The notes below the pieces were generated by a model that was not told where the DNA came from, searched no databases, and saw nothing but the letters and a program-made list of their open reading frames with translations. Below, one piece after another: positions 22,183 to 24,000 of a DNA stretch of 24,000 nucleotides; the stretch's first letter is position 1; each line of letters opens with the position of its first letter. The stretch is from Hadesarchaea archaeon DG-33. Lineage in GTDB: Archaea > Hadarchaeota > Hadarchaeia > Hadarchaeales > Hadarchaeaceae. The translations under genes and the position numbers were made by a program. The stretch lies in assembly GCA_001515185.1 (NCBI GenBank), contig LQHI01000049.1, positions 3,263-27,262 of the forward strand, read 5' to 3'.

Positions 22183-24000
22183 GTGAGAGAGAAACTAGCA
22201 TTAGTAATCGCAGCCTTAATGATAACTTCAATGGCACTTTCGATATCGACAACTAGCGTTAGCGCAACGCATGCCACGCCTACGATGAGCGTCAGTCCCG
22301 ATTTCGTGAAGGCAGGAAATTCCTATGTTTTCACGCTGTCGGTGAAGAACAACGGCGGGGATCTGATTGAAAATGTCATTGAACCAATTGTGAAACTTCC
22401 AAAGGACAACATAGTGGAAAACGTCGATGTGACGTTATCAGCGGGCACACAGGTGGTAATGGAAAACGACAATATTGTTACAGTGGTTGAGAATACAGAT
22501 GTGACGCTACCAGTGGGTACGAGAATACAACTCAGCGGCAGCCTGTTTGCCGAGCTGATTGATGGAGCAACGGCGGAACTGGTAGATAACAGAACCCCAG
22601 TTCTGGCGGTAAACAACGAGGTAACGGTTGAGAGTCAGGCGGTAACGCTGGCGGAGAATGATCTAAGACTGCTTGCGGATACATCTGCGGCACTTGTAAC
22701 CCCCACCACAGCGAGGTTCCCTGAGGATACCTTGGTTGAGGTGCCAGACGATGTGGACACAAACGTATCGGGAAGCATAACACTGGTTGCGGATAATAAA
22801 GTAACTCTTGGAACGGATAATAAGAGTACGGTTGTGGCTGATGTAAGATTGCTAGCTGAGACACGTATAAAATACACAACTACAAGTCTCGCGGGTGGCA
22901 TAGTTTCATTGGACGCGGGTACTGAGGTAGACATAGGAAATAACGTTACATACACTGAGAACGTAGTCCTGCCGGCTGGTACTAAGGTAACGGCGACAAA
23001 CGCGCCTGTGACGGTGGCTGAGAATACGGATGTCACCGTCTTGGCGGGCAAGGTAGTGATTCTCCCGACAGGAACTGTACCTCAAAGTGTACCTGCGGGT
23101 TGGTCGTTTTCTGACAATGCGTGGAACGGAACTGCAGACAACATAGCAGTTGGTGAAACTGTAGAGTTCCCATTCGCCGCGACTGCGCCAACTAATGGCA
23201 CCTATAACATCACCGTAAAGACAACGGACATCAACGGCTATGAAGCGAACGTAATCATTAGCATAACTTCCGACGGTATGGCACCAACTGTAACGGCCGC
23301 CGTCTCGCCTTCTCTAGTGGGCCTCGCCACGGTTACCATTACCGTGACAGCAAGCGAGAAGTTGAGCGAGCTGGGCAAAGTGACCGTGACACAGAGCGGT
23401 GCCGTGACACAGAGCGGTGCAGTTGACGAGAACGTGTTCACCGTCACAATGACATCGACCGACGGAATCACTTGGACCGGTACGTATTCGGTGATCGAGA
23501 ACTGGGATGGCGCTGCTACAGTAGCTATTGAAAATTCGAAGGATCTGGCCGGCAACGTAGGGGGAGAGAATGCCTCAGTCGCGACCTTCACGGTCGACAC
23601 AATAGCGCCGAATGCTCCTATAGCCGTGGCTGTTCCAACCAACGACGGGGAGGTAATCCTGCTAGATAACTTTGTTAACCAACCGAACCAACTGGTGTAC
23701 GGAGTTTCGACCGAGGCGGAGGTCTTGGTCCGAGTCAACTCTGACGTGATTTCTGTAACACCTAGGACCGACAACGGGTACAGTGTCGCAATAACCCTGG
23801 TCGAGGGAACCAACGAGGTCGGTGTGAGTCTAGTAGACCTTGCGGGCAACGCCAGTGAGGAGAACGTTCAGGAGGTCGTTCTCGATTCATTGCCCCCGAC
23901 GGTCGCGGTAGTCTCGATTGCAGGCAAGGGATACGCGGCGGACATGGCGATTAACGACAACACCCCGACGATAGTGGTGAAGATGCTCGACGCTGTGAGC
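22183..24000 (+). CDS. Large secreted cell-surface (S-layer-like/adhesin-like) protein with Ig-like repeats; the 3' end is beyond the window
   Basis: Absent from the ORF track (GTG start, no stop in the window). Frame 1 is open for 606 codons from the GTG at 22183, preceded by an aaagaggag SD. The signal peptide is (M)REKLALVIAALMITSMALSISTTSVSA. Ig-like surface-repeat hallmarks are present (DLAGN...FTVDTIAPNAP; LVDLAGN...LDSLPPTV). All listed minus-strand ORFs between 22323 and 23849 are its antisense shadows. Confidence 0.85.
   Translation, partial: MREKLALVIAALMITSMALSISTTSVSATHATPTMSVSPDFVKAGNSYVFTLSVKNNGGDLIENVIEPIVKLPKDNIVENVDVTLSAGTQVVMENDNIVTVVENTDVTLPVGTRIQLSGSLFAELIDGATAELVDNRTPVLAVNNEVTVESQAVTLAENDLRLLADTSAALVTPTTARFPEDTLVEVPDDVDTNVSGSITLVADNKVTLGTDNKSTVVADVRLLAETRIKYTTTSLAGGIVSLDAGTEVDIGNNVTYTENVVLPAGTKVTATNAPVTVAENTDVTVLAGKVVILPTGTVPQSVPAGWSFSDNAWNGTADNIAVGETVEFPFAATAPTNGTYNITVKTTDINGYEANVIISITSDGMAPTVTAAVSPSLVGLATVTITVTASEKLSELGKVTVTQSGAVTQSGAVDENVFTVTMTSTDGITWTGTYSVIENWDGAATVAIENSKDLAGNVGGENASVATFTVDTIAPNAPIAVAVPTNDGEVILLDNFVNQPNQLVYGVSTEAEVLVRVNSDVISVTPRTDNGYSVAITLVEGTNEVGVSLVDLAGNASEENVQEVVLDSLPPTVAVVSIAGKGYAADMAINDNTPTIVVKMLDAVS
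23386..23421 (+). repeat. In-frame 18-bp tandem duplication (gtgacacagagcggtgcc / gtgacacagagcggtgca) giving VTQSGA-VTQSGA
   Basis: 17 of 18 nt are identical between adjacent units, inside the surface-protein CDS. Confidence 0.9.

Noticed and set aside
22323-23849. Four long minus-strand ORFs (97-203 aa) in the last 2 kb
   Set aside because: All are antisense to a continuous 606-codon plus-strand frame that has an SD, a signal peptide and Ig-like surface-repeat motifs.

Overview
This is a compact archaeal chromosomal segment: Alba, archaeal-type AspRS, TrmB and Lrp/AsnC regulators, a digeranylgeranylglycerophospholipid reductase, AT-rich TATA-type promoters, and many ATGA/GTGA start-stop overlaps. 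I cannot assign a lineage from sequence alone.

Layout:
- 1-4645: housekeeping genes (TrmB-like regulator, ferredoxin + geranylgeranyl reductase, aspS, NusA-like KH protein, Alba, Lrp/AsnC).
- 4646-7870: a visibly AT-richer accessory patch. It holds an HTH-HNH nuclease translationally coupled to an ExeA/ORC-like AAA ATPase, a separately promoted HTH protein, and a frameshifted membrane-protein gene bracketed by ~160-bp imperfect direct repeats that each contain 12-bp inverted repeats.
- 7882-10739: [NiFe]-hydrogenase maturation genes (hypE, hypA, hypC, a PHP phosphoesterase, a HycI-type endopeptidase).
- 10766-19596 (minus strand): a complete Pyrococcus-type mbhA-N membrane-bound hydrogenase / Mrp antiporter operon. 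An AT-richer FrhB/FpoF-like flavo-iron-sulfur gene is inserted exactly between the Mrp module (mbhH) and the hydrogenase module (mbhI).
- 19963-24000: two secreted surface proteins. One is a Kelch-like propeller with a C-terminal TM anchor. The other is a large GTG-initiated Ig-like-repeat protein that runs off the window and is absent from the ORF track.

The two strongest leads are the FrhB-like subunit inside the Mbh operon and the HNH/ATPase/HTH module with its repeat architecture. No rRNA, tRNA, CRISPR array, integrase or transposase was seen.
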